In this document: in pieces, positions 36,306-46,638 of the stretch
Layout: every line of letters starts with the position of its first letter
How positions within the stretch are numbered: position 1 is the stretch's first letter
Source of the DNA: Candidatus Aldehydirespiratoraceae bacterium
Lineage (GTDB): Bacteria; Actinomycetota; Acidimicrobiia; Acidimicrobiales; Aldehydirespiratoraceae
Assembly: GCA_965261185.1 (NCBI GenBank)
Contig: CBDHCN010000002.1
Location: 2,346,506 to 2,410,505, forward strand
DNA length: 64,000 bases
Direction: 5' to 3'
Notes under the pieces: generated by a model
Database searches by the model: none
Told to the model about the DNA's origin: nothing
What the model saw: the letters and a program-made list of their open reading frames with translations, nothing else
Made by a program: the position numbers and the translations under genes

Positions 36306-37088
36306 TCATCGGTAGGTGGGCTCGTCGTTGTGATCGGCAGAGGGGGTCCAATCGCCCCGCGGGGCATTCCCGATGGTGGTGTAGGCCATGCCGTTTTGAA
36401 GAGCCATCGAGCGAGTCATATCGAGCGATTCCCAGATGGCCCGCACCGTCCCTTGGATCGCTGTCGGGTTTCGAGTCGCGATCGAGGCAGCGATCTCAGC
36501 CGCGCGGGGGCGCAGTTGCTCGCGCGAGGTGACCTCTGTGACCAACCCAAGTCGAAGGGCGGTCGCAGCGGAGATCCGCTCCTCGGTACCCATGAGGGCC
36601 CAGCGCAGTACATCTCCCAGCGGCACACCGCGCTTCACCATGCCGATCGGCTCGAGAGCTGACACGATGCCGCCATTGGCGTGCGGGTCAAAGAACGCAG
36701 CGTCGTCGGAGGCGATGACGATGTCTGCCTCGTTCAGGAAGTACTGACCGCCACCCGCGCACATTCCGTGCACTGCCACGACCACTGGTTTCCAGCAGCG
36801 ATGGTGAGACTTCGGCGAGAGTGTCAATCCGGGATCGAAGGTGTTCCAGACGTTCGTGCTGAAGAACCAACTAGTTCCGCTCCGGATGTCGGCTCCGGTG
36901 CAGAACGCTCGGTCGCCGTTGGCCCGAACGACGATGGCGTGGATGCTGTCGTCGTCTCGACAAGTTGTCCACGCCCCCCCAATCTCGCTGGCCATGTCGT
37001 CGTTCCATGAGTTCAGGGCGTCGGGTCTGTTGAGCGTGATGGTGGCGACATTGTTCTGTACCTCGAACTCGATGGTTTCGAGATCCAT
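36306..37088 (-). CDS. Enoyl-CoA hydratase/isomerase family protein
   Basis: 260-aa ORF with VATITLNRPDALNSW, FCTGADI and VVAVHGMCAGGG. Confidence 0.85.
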   Translation of the reverse strand: MDLETIEFEVQNNVATITLNRPDALNSWNDDMASEIGGAWTTCRDDDSIHAIVVRANGDRAFCTGADIRSGTSWFFSTNVWNTFDPGLTLSPKSHHRCWKPVVVAVHGMCAGGGQYFLNEADIVIASDDAAFFDPHANGGIVSALEPIGMVKRGVPLGDVLRWALMGTEERISAATALRLGLVTEVTSREQLRPRAAEIAASIATRNPTAIQGTVRAIWESLDMTRSMALQNGMAYTTIGNAPRGDWTPSADHNDEPTYR

Positions 37089-37131
37089 GTTTCACTCCTC
37101 GGTTCGTTCGATCGTGAGAGTTCTTGCGACT

Positions 37132-38301
37132 TCAGCCAGTGAGCAAGAGGCAGCCGGCGATCGGTCCCCCGCCTGCCGATACAACGGCGACCTCGGGCCC
37201 ACCCGCTACCTGACACTCACCCGCACCGCCCCGCAGCTGGACGCAGGCCTCGTGGAGGACCCAGTACCCATGCATTCGCCCCGCCGATAATTGGCCGCCG
37301 TATGTATTGAGTGGGAGCTCGCCGTCGAGAGCGATCCGGTTCCCTCCTTCCACAAAGGGGCCTCCCTCCCCGTCTCCGCAAATCCCAAGCGCCTCAAGCC
37401 ATGCGATAGTTAGAAACGTGAATCCGTCGTACAACTCTGCGATGTCGATATCGCTCGGCGTCAGATCTGTTCGACGCCACATCTCGGCGGCCGCATCCAC
37501 CGACGCCATCTTCGGATAGTCCTCTCGATGGATCCATCCGCCTCGACCCGAGGCCCATCCCATCGCCGCGATCCGGATCGCTGGGTTGGGGCAGTCGGGA
37601 CGATAGTCCTCGTGGGAAACCACGACTGCAATTGACCCGTCGACCGGCGCGTCACAGTCCAAGAGGCCGAATGGGGAGGAGACCGGACGAGCGTTGAGGT
37701 AGTCATCCATCGTCATCGGGTCGCGATATGTCGCTCGCGGATTGAGGCTGGCATTGACCCGACTGTTGATCGCCAGCGCGCCGAGTTGTTCCTTGGTCGT
37801 CCCGTACAGATGCATATGACGTTGACAGTGCATAGCTAGCCAGTTGGCAGCCGAGTAGGCGTGGTACGCGAGCAGGGAGTCCATGTCACCCATGACGTTC
37901 GCTCGGGCAGTATCGTGCCTCGTTGGCTGCGTGGGCCGAGCGCCATCCGACGAGATAACCGTCCCTCCCATCATCTGGACCGTCCGATACACGAGCACGT
38001 GGCGGGCTCGGTGTTCCGACACTGCGATCGCGGCCGCCACCACCGGCGCGAGTAGGCCACCGCGGTCAACTGTCGCGCCCGGGCAGCTATCGATGATGCC
38101 CAGTGCCGCTCTGACCTCGGCTGTGGGCGTGTCTCCGAGTGACAAGACACAGTCAATATCCGCCGCGACGAGTCCCGCATCAGCAATCGCCTCGAGGCTC
38201 GCATTCGTAGTCAAGTCGAGGCCTGGAACGCCCAGGCGGCGCCCGACCTGCGACATGCCGACGCCGGAGATGACGGCCCGCGTCGCAGCCGGGTCACTCA
38301 T
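37132..38301 (-). CDS. Thiolase-like (SCP-x / lipid-transfer-protein type) enzyme
   Basis: 389-aa ORF with a thiolase-fold pattern (VISGVGMSQVGRR...; C-terminal GGGPIAGCLLL). It is translationally overlapped by the upstream DUF35 gene, the usual pairing. Confidence 0.8.
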   Translation of the reverse strand: MSDPAATRAVISGVGMSQVGRRLGVPGLDLTTNASLEAIADAGLVAADIDCVLSLGDTPTAEVRAALGIIDSCPGATVDRGGLLAPVVAAAIAVSEHRARHVLVYRTVQMMGGTVISSDGARPTQPTRHDTARANVMGDMDSLLAYHAYSAANWLAMHCQRHMHLYGTTKEQLGALAINSRVNASLNPRATYRDPMTMDDYLNARPVSSPFGLLDCDAPVDGSIAVVVSHEDYRPDCPNPAIRIAAMGWASGRGGWIHREDYPKMASVDAAAEMWRRTDLTPSDIDIAELYDGFTFLTIAWLEALGICGDGEGGPFVEGGNRIALDGELPLNTYGGQLSAGRMHGYWVLHEACVQLRGGAGECQVAGGPEVAVVSAGGGPIAGCLLLTG

Positions 38302-38701
38302 GTGCGGCAGGTGCGAACACCGGTACGAAAAGGTCGCCGTGCCGTTCGAACAGCACGTGCACGGGCATCCCGATCCGGACCTCGTCCGGCTCGCAGTTCA
38401 CAATGTTCGTGGCCAGCCGGAGGTCTGACTGTTCGGCGAGCTCGACGATCGCAATCGCGTACGGGGGGTCAACGTCAGGGTGGTACTGAAATTCGTTGAT
38501 CGTGAAGGAGAACACGGTGGCGTCGCCACTCACCGGTTGCGCCTCGACGTCATTGCCGCACTGTCCGCAGCGCTCGGCAGGCGGATGCTGCCACTTCGTG
38601 CACACTCGGCAACGCTGCACCAACAGTCGTTCGTCCTTGCCCGCGGTCCAAAACGGAACGGTCTCCGGCGTCAGTTTGGGCAATATGCGCGGCGCGGCCA
38701 T
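38294..38701 (-). CDS. Zn-ribbon + OB-fold (DUF35) acyl-CoA-associated protein
   Basis: 135-aa ORF with the rubredoxin-like CRVCTKWQHPPAERCGQCG followed by an OB-fold. It overlaps the thiolase-like gene by 8 nt. Confidence 0.85.
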   Translation of the reverse strand: MAAPRILPKLTPETVPFWTAGKDERLLVQRCRVCTKWQHPPAERCGQCGNDVEAQPVSGDATVFSFTINEFQYHPDVDPPYAIAIVELAEQSDLRLATNIVNCEPDEVRIGMPVHVLFERHGDLFVPVFAPAAHE

Positions 38702-38774
38702 GGAGTCATTGAGTATACGGTATTGCTATGAGACCTGCAGGCGACCCGGGCGCCCTTCAGCCTGAAATCGCCCA

Positions 38775-40136
38775 ATGGATCGAGTCTGTCACGGGCTCGA
38801 TCTCGTCGCCGCTCGGCAGATTCCTGCCGGTGGCAGGCTCGGCTGGTTCATCGACGTCTCAGGCCCAGCGGGACCGAACGATCTCTTCCTCCAACTCGGC
38901 CGCGGGTCGAGAGAGGAGCTCACCAGCTTTCGGGGATTCGAGACCGAAGTGGAGGTCTACCGCGCGCTGCGACCGCACGGCATTCCCGTCCCAAAGGTCT
39001 GGGGCTACGACAGTGCCCTCGACGTTCTCTTGGTCGACCGCATCCCGGGCTCCGTGTGGTTCCACCCGCCCGCCGACGAGTCCGAACAGCTCCGCGTGGC
39101 CCAGGATTTCATCCGCCACATCGCTGCCTGGCATCGACTCGGCACGAGGGCGCTCGACATTCCTTCCCTGGGCGCGGTGAAGACCCTCCCAGAGCACCAG
39201 CGCGATCAACTCGCTGGCGTCACCTCAATGTTGACGAGGGCCGGTGGGCCGCGGCTGGATCCGCTCGTCGATCACGCAAACCGGTGGTTGGCCTCGAACA
39301 TACCCGACGAGGAGGGCCCGGTCGTCTTGGTGCAGGGTGACACTGGGCCGGGGAACTTCCTCTACGAGAATGGACTTGTCACCGGTGTTATCGACTGGGA
39401 GTTGGCCCATTTCGGCGACCCGATGGACGACATCGCCTGGATGTCATGGCGCGCGACCCAACACGGCTTCACCGACTTCCCTGCGCGTCTTCGCGAGTAC
39501 GAGAAGCTCAGCGGAATCGACATCGATGCCAAACGCGTCTTCTACTACCGGCTCAACGCGTTCGGCCGGCTCGGTGCCGAGTTCGGCCTGCCGTCAATGG
39601 GTCATCGACGCACGCTCAACGAACAACCTGATGAGCGACCGGAGGTGGACCGCGCTGCTGACGGAAGCGCGCTCATCCTCTCGATGCTGCACCGCCGCAT
39701 GCGACTATCAGCCACCGCAGACGCGATGGGGCTCGACAAGCCGTCCCGCGATCTGACTGAAGCACCCGAACCCCGTCACACAGCGCTCTACGACCGGGTG
39801 CTCGATCAGCTGCGCTCGATGGTCCCGCGAATCGAGGACCGCGCCGCGGCGAACACGGCAAAGGCCGTGGCGCGACAGGTGAAGTACCTCAAGGAGCTCG
39901 ACCGCAACGGAGGGCTGTTTCGAGAGCAGGAACTCGATGACCTCGGGGGGCTCCTGCGTTCGACGCAACCGTCGGCCAGTGAGGGTCGGGCGGCACTGGT
40001 CGACGCTGTGTATGAGGGCGCTGTCTCGTTCGAGGACTACGTTGATTACCACTGGCGACGCCTGTTCCGCGACGATCACCTCATGCGGCTGGCTTCAGGC
40101 GCTCTTTATGACCGGGGTTGGCCTGAGCTTTCCTGA
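38775..40136 (+). CDS. Phosphotransferase (APH/choline-kinase fold) family protein; possible 5' frameshift
   Basis: 453-aa ORF with LVQGDTGPGNFL, VIDWELAHFGDPMDD and the catalytic/Brenner-like region. The alternative-frame ORF 38728.. encodes an N-terminus typical of the family (PGALQPEIAQWIESVTG). Confidence 0.8.
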   Translation: MDRVCHGLDLVAARQIPAGGRLGWFIDVSGPAGPNDLFLQLGRGSREELTSFRGFETEVEVYRALRPHGIPVPKVWGYDSALDVLLVDRIPGSVWFHPPADESEQLRVAQDFIRHIAAWHRLGTRALDIPSLGAVKTLPEHQRDQLAGVTSMLTRAGGPRLDPLVDHANRWLASNIPDEEGPVVLVQGDTGPGNFLYENGLVTGVIDWELAHFGDPMDDIAWMSWRATQHGFTDFPARLREYEKLSGIDIDAKRVFYYRLNAFGRLGAEFGLPSMGHRRTLNEQPDERPEVDRAADGSALILSMLHRRMRLSATADAMGLDKPSRDLTEAPEPRHTALYDRVLDQLRSMVPRIEDRAAANTAKAVARQVKYLKELDRNGGLFREQELDDLGGLLRSTQPSASEGRAALVDAVYEGAVSFEDYVDYHWRRLFRDDHLMRLASGALYDRGWPELS

Positions 40137-40140
40137 AGCG

Positions 40141-41664
40141 TCAGCTCCAGTTCAGGGACTTGACCTCGGTGAACTCTTCAAGCCCGTGGTGTCCCCACTC
40201 GCGACCAAGCCCAGACTGTTTGTAGCCACCGAAGGCGCCCGACTGCCCGATCCCTTTCATGGCCTCGCCCCATCCAGGTCCCTGTCCGCTGCCGGCGCTA
40301 TCTCCCCCGGCCGGCGAGTCGAGCCCTTGGGAAGTCACGTGTCCCGCTCGGACCTGTCGAGCGACATTGAACGCACGCGAACTGCTCGCCGCGACCACGC
40401 CGCCGCCAAGCCCGTAGATCGAATCATTCGCGAGCGCGATCGCGTCGGAGTCGTTGCCGGAGTACGGCACCACGGTGAGCACGGGGCCGAAGATCTCTTC
40501 CTGTGCGATTCGGGTGTCGTTAGTGGCGACGAACACGGTGGGCTCATAGAAGAAGCCCTTGTCCAAGGTGTCTGGCCGCGTCCCCCCACACAGCAGTTCG
40601 GCACCTTCGTCGTGGGCTGACTGGACGTAGCTCTCGACTCGCTCTCGCTGTTGCTCGCGGATGAGCGGTCCAAGAACGGTTTCGGGATCGCGAGGGTCGC
40701 CGATCGTCACCGTCGGAAATGCAGCGGCCACCCCCTCCTTGTATGCGTCGAGCAGGTGTTCGGGGAGCAGGAGTCTGGTTTGGAGCACGCAGCCCTGCCC
40801 GCAGTGAGTGAGTACCGCTCCGAAACCGATCGAGCGCGCGTAAGCCTCGTCAACGTCGTCGAGCACGACCTGCGCGCTCTTGCCTCCCAGCTCGAGCTGG
40901 AGCTTCTTGAGCGTCGGTGCGGCCGACCCCATGATGCGCCGACCTGTTGCTGTCGAGCCGGTGAAGGCGACCATGTCGACCATCGGATTCGACGTGAGCT
41001 CGTCGCCGACCTCACTGTGACCGGTAATGACGTTGAGCACCCCTGGTGGGATCCCGGCTTCATGGGCCGCCTCCGCGATCATCATTGCGTCGAGCGGGGT
41101 CCACGGGTGGGGTTTGAGGACGACCGTGCATCCAACCGCCAGCGCTGGAGCAACCTTCACGACATTGAGCATGAATGGGAAGTTGAACGGGGTGATAGCG
41201 GCGACGACACCGATGGGTTCGCGAACTATGGCGCTTCCTGCAACACCCGAGGGCGTGCCGGTTGGCGCTCCGTTCTCGACCCAGTCGAATGAGTGCTCAG
41301 CGATGGCTGCGTTCGACCGGAACATGCCGATTGACCCGAAGGCCTGCACGTAGTCGGTCAGCATTCCCGCCGAGCCAGTCTCAGCCACAATGAGTTCGCG
41401 AAGGTCGCTGGCTCGGCTCTCGAGGATCTCTGCCATTCGCACCAAGGACGCGGCACGTTCCCCTGGTTTCATCCAAGGCCAGGGCCCGGAGTCGAACGCG
41501 CTCCGAGCGGCCGCAATGGCTCTGACCGCGGATTCTCTGGAGGCTTCGGGTACCGAACCAATCGACTCTTCTGTCGCGGGGTCGATCACATCGATGGAGC
41601 CGACCGACTCCTCGTCCGTCCACGCACCATCTACGTAGAGCTCATAGTCCCATCGCTTCGTCAT
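40141..41664 (-). CDS. Aldehyde dehydrogenase family protein
   Basis: 507-aa ORF with FTGSTATG, LELGGKSA and the catalytic Cys region THCGQGC. Confidence 0.9.
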   Translation of the reverse strand: MTKRWDYELYVDGAWTDEESVGSIDVIDPATEESIGSVPEASRESAVRAIAAARSAFDSGPWPWMKPGERAASLVRMAEILESRASDLRELIVAETGSAGMLTDYVQAFGSIGMFRSNAAIAEHSFDWVENGAPTGTPSGVAGSAIVREPIGVVAAITPFNFPFMLNVVKVAPALAVGCTVVLKPHPWTPLDAMMIAEAAHEAGIPPGVLNVITGHSEVGDELTSNPMVDMVAFTGSTATGRRIMGSAAPTLKKLQLELGGKSAQVVLDDVDEAYARSIGFGAVLTHCGQGCVLQTRLLLPEHLLDAYKEGVAAAFPTVTIGDPRDPETVLGPLIREQQRERVESYVQSAHDEGAELLCGGTRPDTLDKGFFYEPTVFVATNDTRIAQEEIFGPVLTVVPYSGNDSDAIALANDSIYGLGGGVVAASSSRAFNVARQVRAGHVTSQGLDSPAGGDSAGSGQGPGWGEAMKGIGQSGAFGGYKQSGLGREWGHHGLEEFTEVKSLNWS

Positions 41665-41698
41665 GGCCGGTGTCCGTTCCTGTTCGTGGTCTGCTCCA

Positions 41699-42511
41699 TC
41701 ACTGCAGACCGAGAAGCATCTTGACCATCGGGTTCTCGAACGAGCCGGTTATTCCCGAGCTGATGTGTCCGTCATCGACGAGCAGCGACACGCCGTTCAC
41801 GCCGCTCGCCGCATCGCTGCCGAGGAACGCCATCACGTTGCCCATCTGTTCCGATACAAGCGTCTTGGTTCCCGCGGCTTCGCGGAAGTCGGCTCCGAAG
41901 CTGAGCCATGTGTCGGCGTTCGCTCGGGCGAGGGGTGTGTCTGTCGGGCCAGGAAGGATCGCGTTGATTCGAATACCGCGCTGCAACATCGCGAATGATC
42001 TGTCGGCGACGAACGTGTTGATTGCCATCTTGCTGAAGGCGTAGTTGTCCGACCCGGTTGCCTCGACCCACGCCGCGGCGTCGTCCCAGGTCGACTGGTT
42101 GAGGAACTCGAGAACCGTCGGGATGGCTTGTTGCCAACCCAGGCCTGCGACCGACGAGATCATCACGACCGATGCCCCGCGTCCTATGAGGTCGCGCTCG
42201 ACGAGCCTTTCGATGATGTGGCGTTGGGAGATGAAGTTGATGATCATCAACCCTTCCGTGCCATCGGCCACTCCAGCACACGCGAAGACAGTGTGGATCG
42301 GACCTTGGAGCGCAGCGATAGCGGTGTTGACACTTGCTTGATTCCGCAGGTCGATCTGGATGGCCTCGCCAACTGGGTAGTCGACCTCGGCAACGTCCAT
42401 GACGAGTACTTCTGCGCCGAGCCCGGCCACGGTCTTGGCCGCGGCCGCTCCCATGCCCGTCGCTCCACCAATGACGAGCACTCGCCTGTCGTTGTATTCG
42501 AATGCGTCCAC
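41699..42511 (-). CDS. SDR-family oxidoreductase
   Basis: 270-aa ORF with the Rossmann motif VIGGATGMGAA and YAFSKMA (YxxxK). Confidence 0.85.
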   Translation of the reverse strand: MDAFEYNDRRVLVIGGATGMGAAAAKTVAGLGAEVLVMDVAEVDYPVGEAIQIDLRNQASVNTAIAALQGPIHTVFACAGVADGTEGLMIINFISQRHIIERLVERDLIGRGASVVMISSVAGLGWQQAIPTVLEFLNQSTWDDAAAWVEATGSDNYAFSKMAINTFVADRSFAMLQRGIRINAILPGPTDTPLARANADTWLSFGADFREAAGTKTLVSEQMGNVMAFLGSDAASGVNGVSLLVDDGHISSGITGSFENPMVKMLLGLQ

Positions 42512-42652
42512 GGTTGGATTCCTCTCATCGGCGGCATCCCGTAATTAGGATACTGTATTCTGCGGATCATATCTGAGGCTAGACGCCCTATGTCGGCGGC
42601 CCGGTCCGAAATGAGGGTACTCTTCACGCGTCGTCGAGTCTTGGAGGCACAG

Positions 42653-43879
42653 GTGTACGACGTCCTGGAAGGCGTCAAGGTTCTAGAGGTTTCGGCATGG
42701 GCGTTCGTGCCATCAGGTGGGGCAGTCCTGTCTGACTGGGGCGCTGATGTGATCAAGGTTGAACCTCCTACGGGAGATCCCATGCGGGGGCTGATCAATG
42801 CGGGGATCCAGACCGACGGGCCAACGTTCGTTTGGGAGATCTGGAATCGCGGCAAGCGCAGCGTCGCGCTGGATCTTCGACAAGAGCAGGCCAGGTCGAT
42901 CGTGCTGGAACTTGCCGCCGAGGCTGACGTTTTCCTCACGAGCTACCTTCCCGACACGCGAGCGAAACTCGGCCTGGACATCCTGGACGTCCAGGCCCAC
43001 AATCCCTCGATCGTCTACGCGTGCGGTTCCGGGTTTGGCCCTAAGGGGGACGAAGCGGGCAAGGGTGGCTACGACGCCATCAGTTTCTGGTCTCGAGGTG
43101 GTATCTCGAATGCCGTAACGCCACCGGGGTACGCGCGACCACTCGGCATGCCGTCAGGAGCGTTCGGCGACTCGCTGAGCGGCATGGCGTTGGCGGGTGG
43201 AATCGCCGCAGCACTTCTTCGACGTGAGCGAACCGGGAAGGGCGCCGTAGTTGACGTTGCGCTCCTGGGTACTGCGATGTGGGCGATGCAGATGGGCATC
43301 GTCGGAGCAGCAGCGTCACGCGCGACGTTGCCCGAGTTCGATGCCGAAAGCGAGCCGCCACCTCCGGCGATGATCCTCAATCCCCTAGTGAACAACTACC
43401 GAACATCCGATGGGCGCTGGCTCGCACTGTGCATGCTGCAGTACGACCTCTACTGGCGAGGTGTCCTCGAGGTCATCGGCCGAGCAGACCTGATCAGCGA
43501 CCCTCAATTTGCGGACGATGGCGATAGCCAGATGCACCATGCCGACATGGTGCAGATCCTCGTGGAGGCCTTCTCGAAGAGGACGCTCGATCATTGGCGG
43601 GCGGCTCTAGCGACTCAAGACGGACAGTGGGACGTGGTCCAGCACGTCGTAGAGCTGCCTCAGGACCCACAGGCCGTGGAGAACGGGTTCGTCCAGACTG
43701 TGGAATATCCGACCGGCCACCAGCTTCGGCTCATCGCCTCACCGGTGCAGTTCGACCGCGATGCTGCCGAACTCAATCCTGCGCCGGAATTCGGCGCCGA
43801 CACCGATGAGGTCTTGCGGTACCTCGGGATGGATGATGAGCAGATCATCGAGGCAAAAATCTCGGGCGGCGTCGTCTAG
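42653..43879 (+). CDS. Family III CoA-transferase (CaiB/BaiF; the family also includes alpha-methylacyl-CoA racemases)
   Basis: Part of ORF 42590..43879. The GTG at 42653 is preceded by GGAGG. It contains VLEGVKVLEVSAWAFVPSGGAVLSDWGADVIKVEPPTGDP. Confidence 0.85.
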   Translation: MYDVLEGVKVLEVSAWAFVPSGGAVLSDWGADVIKVEPPTGDPMRGLINAGIQTDGPTFVWEIWNRGKRSVALDLRQEQARSIVLELAAEADVFLTSYLPDTRAKLGLDILDVQAHNPSIVYACGSGFGPKGDEAGKGGYDAISFWSRGGISNAVTPPGYARPLGMPSGAFGDSLSGMALAGGIAAALLRRERTGKGAVVDVALLGTAMWAMQMGIVGAAASRATLPEFDAESEPPPPAMILNPLVNNYRTSDGRWLALCMLQYDLYWRGVLEVIGRADLISDPQFADDGDSQMHHADMVQILVEAFSKRTLDHWRAALATQDGQWDVVQHVVELPQDPQAVENGFVQTVEYPTGHQLRLIASPVQFDRDAAELNPAPEFGADTDEVLRYLGMDDEQIIEAKISGGVV

Positions 43880-43903
43880 CCGCAGGCTCCCTAGCCGGCG
43901 CTG

Positions 43904-44920
43904 CTACCGATCGGAGAGATCGAGTGCAGCCAGGATGTCTGGTGGAGCGTAGGTCTGATCTTCGCCCCAGCCGTTGAGCCCGTTCCACGTCCAGTGGAAC
44001 AACCCGCTGCCCGATGCACTGCCCGGCTCGCCATGGCGCGAAACCAACTCCCCGGTGGCTTCGAGGGTCCGACCGTGCTCGTCCGTCGCCTCGATCTCAA
44101 TCCGAGAGATCCACTTTGTCTGGGCGTCGAGCCAAACACGACGATGGCCGCTCACAAGGTGGCCATATTCGCCCCCCTTCAAGAGGTAGCCAGTACTGAG
44201 CACATCAGACGCCACGCCTTCGACGACGGTGGGTCGGCTGTACATGAGCCACGCATCATCATGCGATGCAGAGCCAAACGGGTACCCGACGCCCTCGCGC
44301 GCGCGTCGAGGGCGCGAGGCGCGCTTGGTTGTTGTCTTCTTCCGCGGATCGGGGCCCATCGGTCGCGGCCCCCAAGATCGATCGCGCACAGAGATGCAGT
44401 CAATCTCGATCATCTCGCCATGGAGCACGATCTCGCCAGTGACGTGCATCGGTTGATCGAAGTGCCGCCCTCGCCAAAACGGTGCCGTGCGCAGCGGGTG
44501 AGAGTTCGGAGCCATGATCCCTCGGAACAACAGGTCGGCTTCGAACGCACCAGGATCGGCGTAGCGCACTCGGTACTCTGACAGCGGCTCGATCATCTTG
44601 ATGTGATTCCCGTTCGGGAGCTCAACGTCACGGAGATCAAGGTCATCGATCGATGGCAGTTCAAGCTGCTGTTCCCGCCGCTCGTATAACGCCGGTGCGG
44701 CGGAGTCATCCCACACCCATGCGCCGCCGTTGCAAACCTGCTGCGTAGGAAGAATCTGGTTGTAGAACCAGCCACCGATCCGCCGCTCGGCGACGCTGAA
44801 AGAGAACCAAGCTGTCTCTGTTTCCCACCAGTCGTCGGTCGACGGATGAAGTCGGTCATCTGCTTCCGTCAATTCCGGAATCACCACATCAGCTGTTCCC
44901 TGGTGCTCATTCTCAGCCAT
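43904..44920 (-). CDS. Conserved-looking hypothetical protein (Trp-rich beta protein; possibly AttH/CrtC-like, low confidence)
   Basis: Part of ORF 43904..44956, from the ATG at 44920. It contains DDWWETETAWFSFSV...GGWFYNQI. I could not identify a diagnostic motif. Confidence 0.45.
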   Translation of the reverse strand: MAENEHQGTADVVIPELTEADDRLHPSTDDWWETETAWFSFSVAERRIGGWFYNQILPTQQVCNGGAWVWDDSAAPALYERREQQLELPSIDDLDLRDVELPNGNHIKMIEPLSEYRVRYADPGAFEADLLFRGIMAPNSHPLRTAPFWRGRHFDQPMHVTGEIVLHGEMIEIDCISVRDRSWGPRPMGPDPRKKTTTKRASRPRRAREGVGYPFGSASHDDAWLMYSRPTVVEGVASDVLSTGYLLKGGEYGHLVSGHRRVWLDAQTKWISRIEIEATDEHGRTLEATGELVSRHGEPGSASGSGLFHWTWNGLNGWGEDQTYAPPDILAALDLSDR

Positions 44921-45040
44921 CCCAGCTCCCTCCGTGCGCCAGCGCCGGTGCCACATGGCACTCGATTGGTTCTGTCTCTCGATCCGTGTCGATCGACGTC
45001 ACGGGCGGGGACGGTCGTCGAGCCGTCAAAGAGTTATGTC

Positions 45041-46606
45041 TCACTCCTGACGAGCGTCCCGCTCGGCGGCCTCGTCGCGCAGCAGCCGCTTGAACAGCTT
45101 GCCCGCCTCAGTTCGGGGAAGAGTGTCCCGGAACTCCACTGATCTTGGACACTTGAAGCTCGCAAGGTGCTCGCGGGCGTAAGCGATCAGTTCGTCCGCA
45201 AGTGTGGTCGATGGCTCGACGTCCTCGACAAGTTCGACCACGGCCTTGACGGACTCTCCCCATTCGTCGTCGGGCATCCCGATCACGGCAACGTCCGCCA
45301 CGGCAGGAAATCCTGTCAACACTGCTTCGATCTCAGCGGGGTAGATGTTGACCCCGCCGCTGATGATCATGTCTTTCGCTCGATCAAGGAGGAACAGGTA
45401 GCCGTCCTCATCGAGGAAGCCGATATCGCCAATCGTGAAGGCCCGTCCTCGGTGAGCGGATTCCGTCAATCCAGGCTCGCCGCTGTACTCGAATGTCGGC
45501 CCGGAGTCGGGCTGCATGTAGACGTGTCCAGGCTCGCCGTTCGGGAGATGGTTGCCGTCATCGTCGAGAATGTCGACGCTCATTCCGCGCACCGCCCGGC
45601 CTACGGTGCCCGGCTTCTCGACCCAGCGGTGAGGCTTCGCGATCGTCGCCGCGCCCTCCATCCCTCCGTAGGTCTCCCAGATCACAGGCCCCCACCACTC
45701 GATCATCTGCCATTTCACGTCGACGGGGCAGGGCGCGGCTGAATGAACGACGACTTCGAGGCTTGAGACATCGGACGCGGCCTTGATGAGATCCGGCAGT
45801 CGAAGGAGTCGAACGAACTGAGTGGGAACCATGTATGCAGTCGTCACGCCGTGGCGTTGTATGCGTTGGAGCGCGGACTCGGCATCGAACCTCCCCATGA
45901 TGACAAGGGGTTGGCCGACGTGAAGGGCGGAGGTGTAGAAGCCCTGGCATCCGCCATGGTGCATGCCTGCCGACACGAGGTGTGGGCCTCCGAACGGTCG
46001 AAACTGGAACGCGCGGGCGAAAATCTTCTGAGCGTCGGCCGCGTCAGACGGATCTACCTCTGGTAGCGGCCGCCAGATTCCATTCGGTTTGCCGGTGGTG
46101 CCAGACGAGTAGGACACGGGACCACCGAGGGTTCGGTCCGCGGGACTGGTGATCGGATGCCCGTTGACCAGATCAGATTGAGCAACGAAGCCGGCGATCT
46201 CCCCTCCCACCGACACTTTGAGCCGAACAGACTCCGAACGCGAGACGACCTCGGCCCTCTCAGCTGTTTGTGTGTGGGCGACAATCACCGACGCGCCAGA
46301 GTGATCCACGATCTCAGTTATCTCCGAAGCCGACAACGCCGGATTCAACGCGAGCGAACGCATTCCGCTCTCGCTCGCCGCGAGTTGCCACAGAACGATG
46401 TCCACGTCGTTCGGAAGGGCAAGAGCGACAATGTCCCGCGGGCCAAGACTGTGGGATCGCAGGGCGTGAACGAGTTGGTGCGCCGAGCCGGCTAGTTCAC
46501 GGTAGTTGAGAACCCGTCCGCTGGGACTATCAATGATTGCTGGCAGATCAGGTTTGTCTTCTGCGATCGACCAGACGCCGAGTCTCTGATCCCAGGGGTG
46601 GCGCAC
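45041..46606 (-). CDS. Acyl-CoA synthetase (AMP-dependent ligase, FadD-like)
   Basis: 521-aa ORF with the AMP-binding motif YSSGTTGKPNG, the C-terminal GKLFKRLLR and a GTG start at 46606. Confidence 0.9.
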   Translation of the reverse strand: MRHPWDQRLGVWSIAEDKPDLPAIIDSPSGRVLNYRELAGSAHQLVHALRSHSLGPRDIVALALPNDVDIVLWQLAASESGMRSLALNPALSASEITEIVDHSGASVIVAHTQTAERAEVVSRSESVRLKVSVGGEIAGFVAQSDLVNGHPITSPADRTLGGPVSYSSGTTGKPNGIWRPLPEVDPSDAADAQKIFARAFQFRPFGGPHLVSAGMHHGGCQGFYTSALHVGQPLVIMGRFDAESALQRIQRHGVTTAYMVPTQFVRLLRLPDLIKAASDVSSLEVVVHSAAPCPVDVKWQMIEWWGPVIWETYGGMEGAATIAKPHRWVEKPGTVGRAVRGMSVDILDDDGNHLPNGEPGHVYMQPDSGPTFEYSGEPGLTESAHRGRAFTIGDIGFLDEDGYLFLLDRAKDMIISGGVNIYPAEIEAVLTGFPAVADVAVIGMPDDEWGESVKAVVELVEDVEPSTTLADELIAYAREHLASFKCPRSVEFRDTLPRTEAGKLFKRLLRDEAAERDARQE

Positions 46607-46638
46607 GCAAATAGAGTATCCCCATTGGCGCGTTGGTG

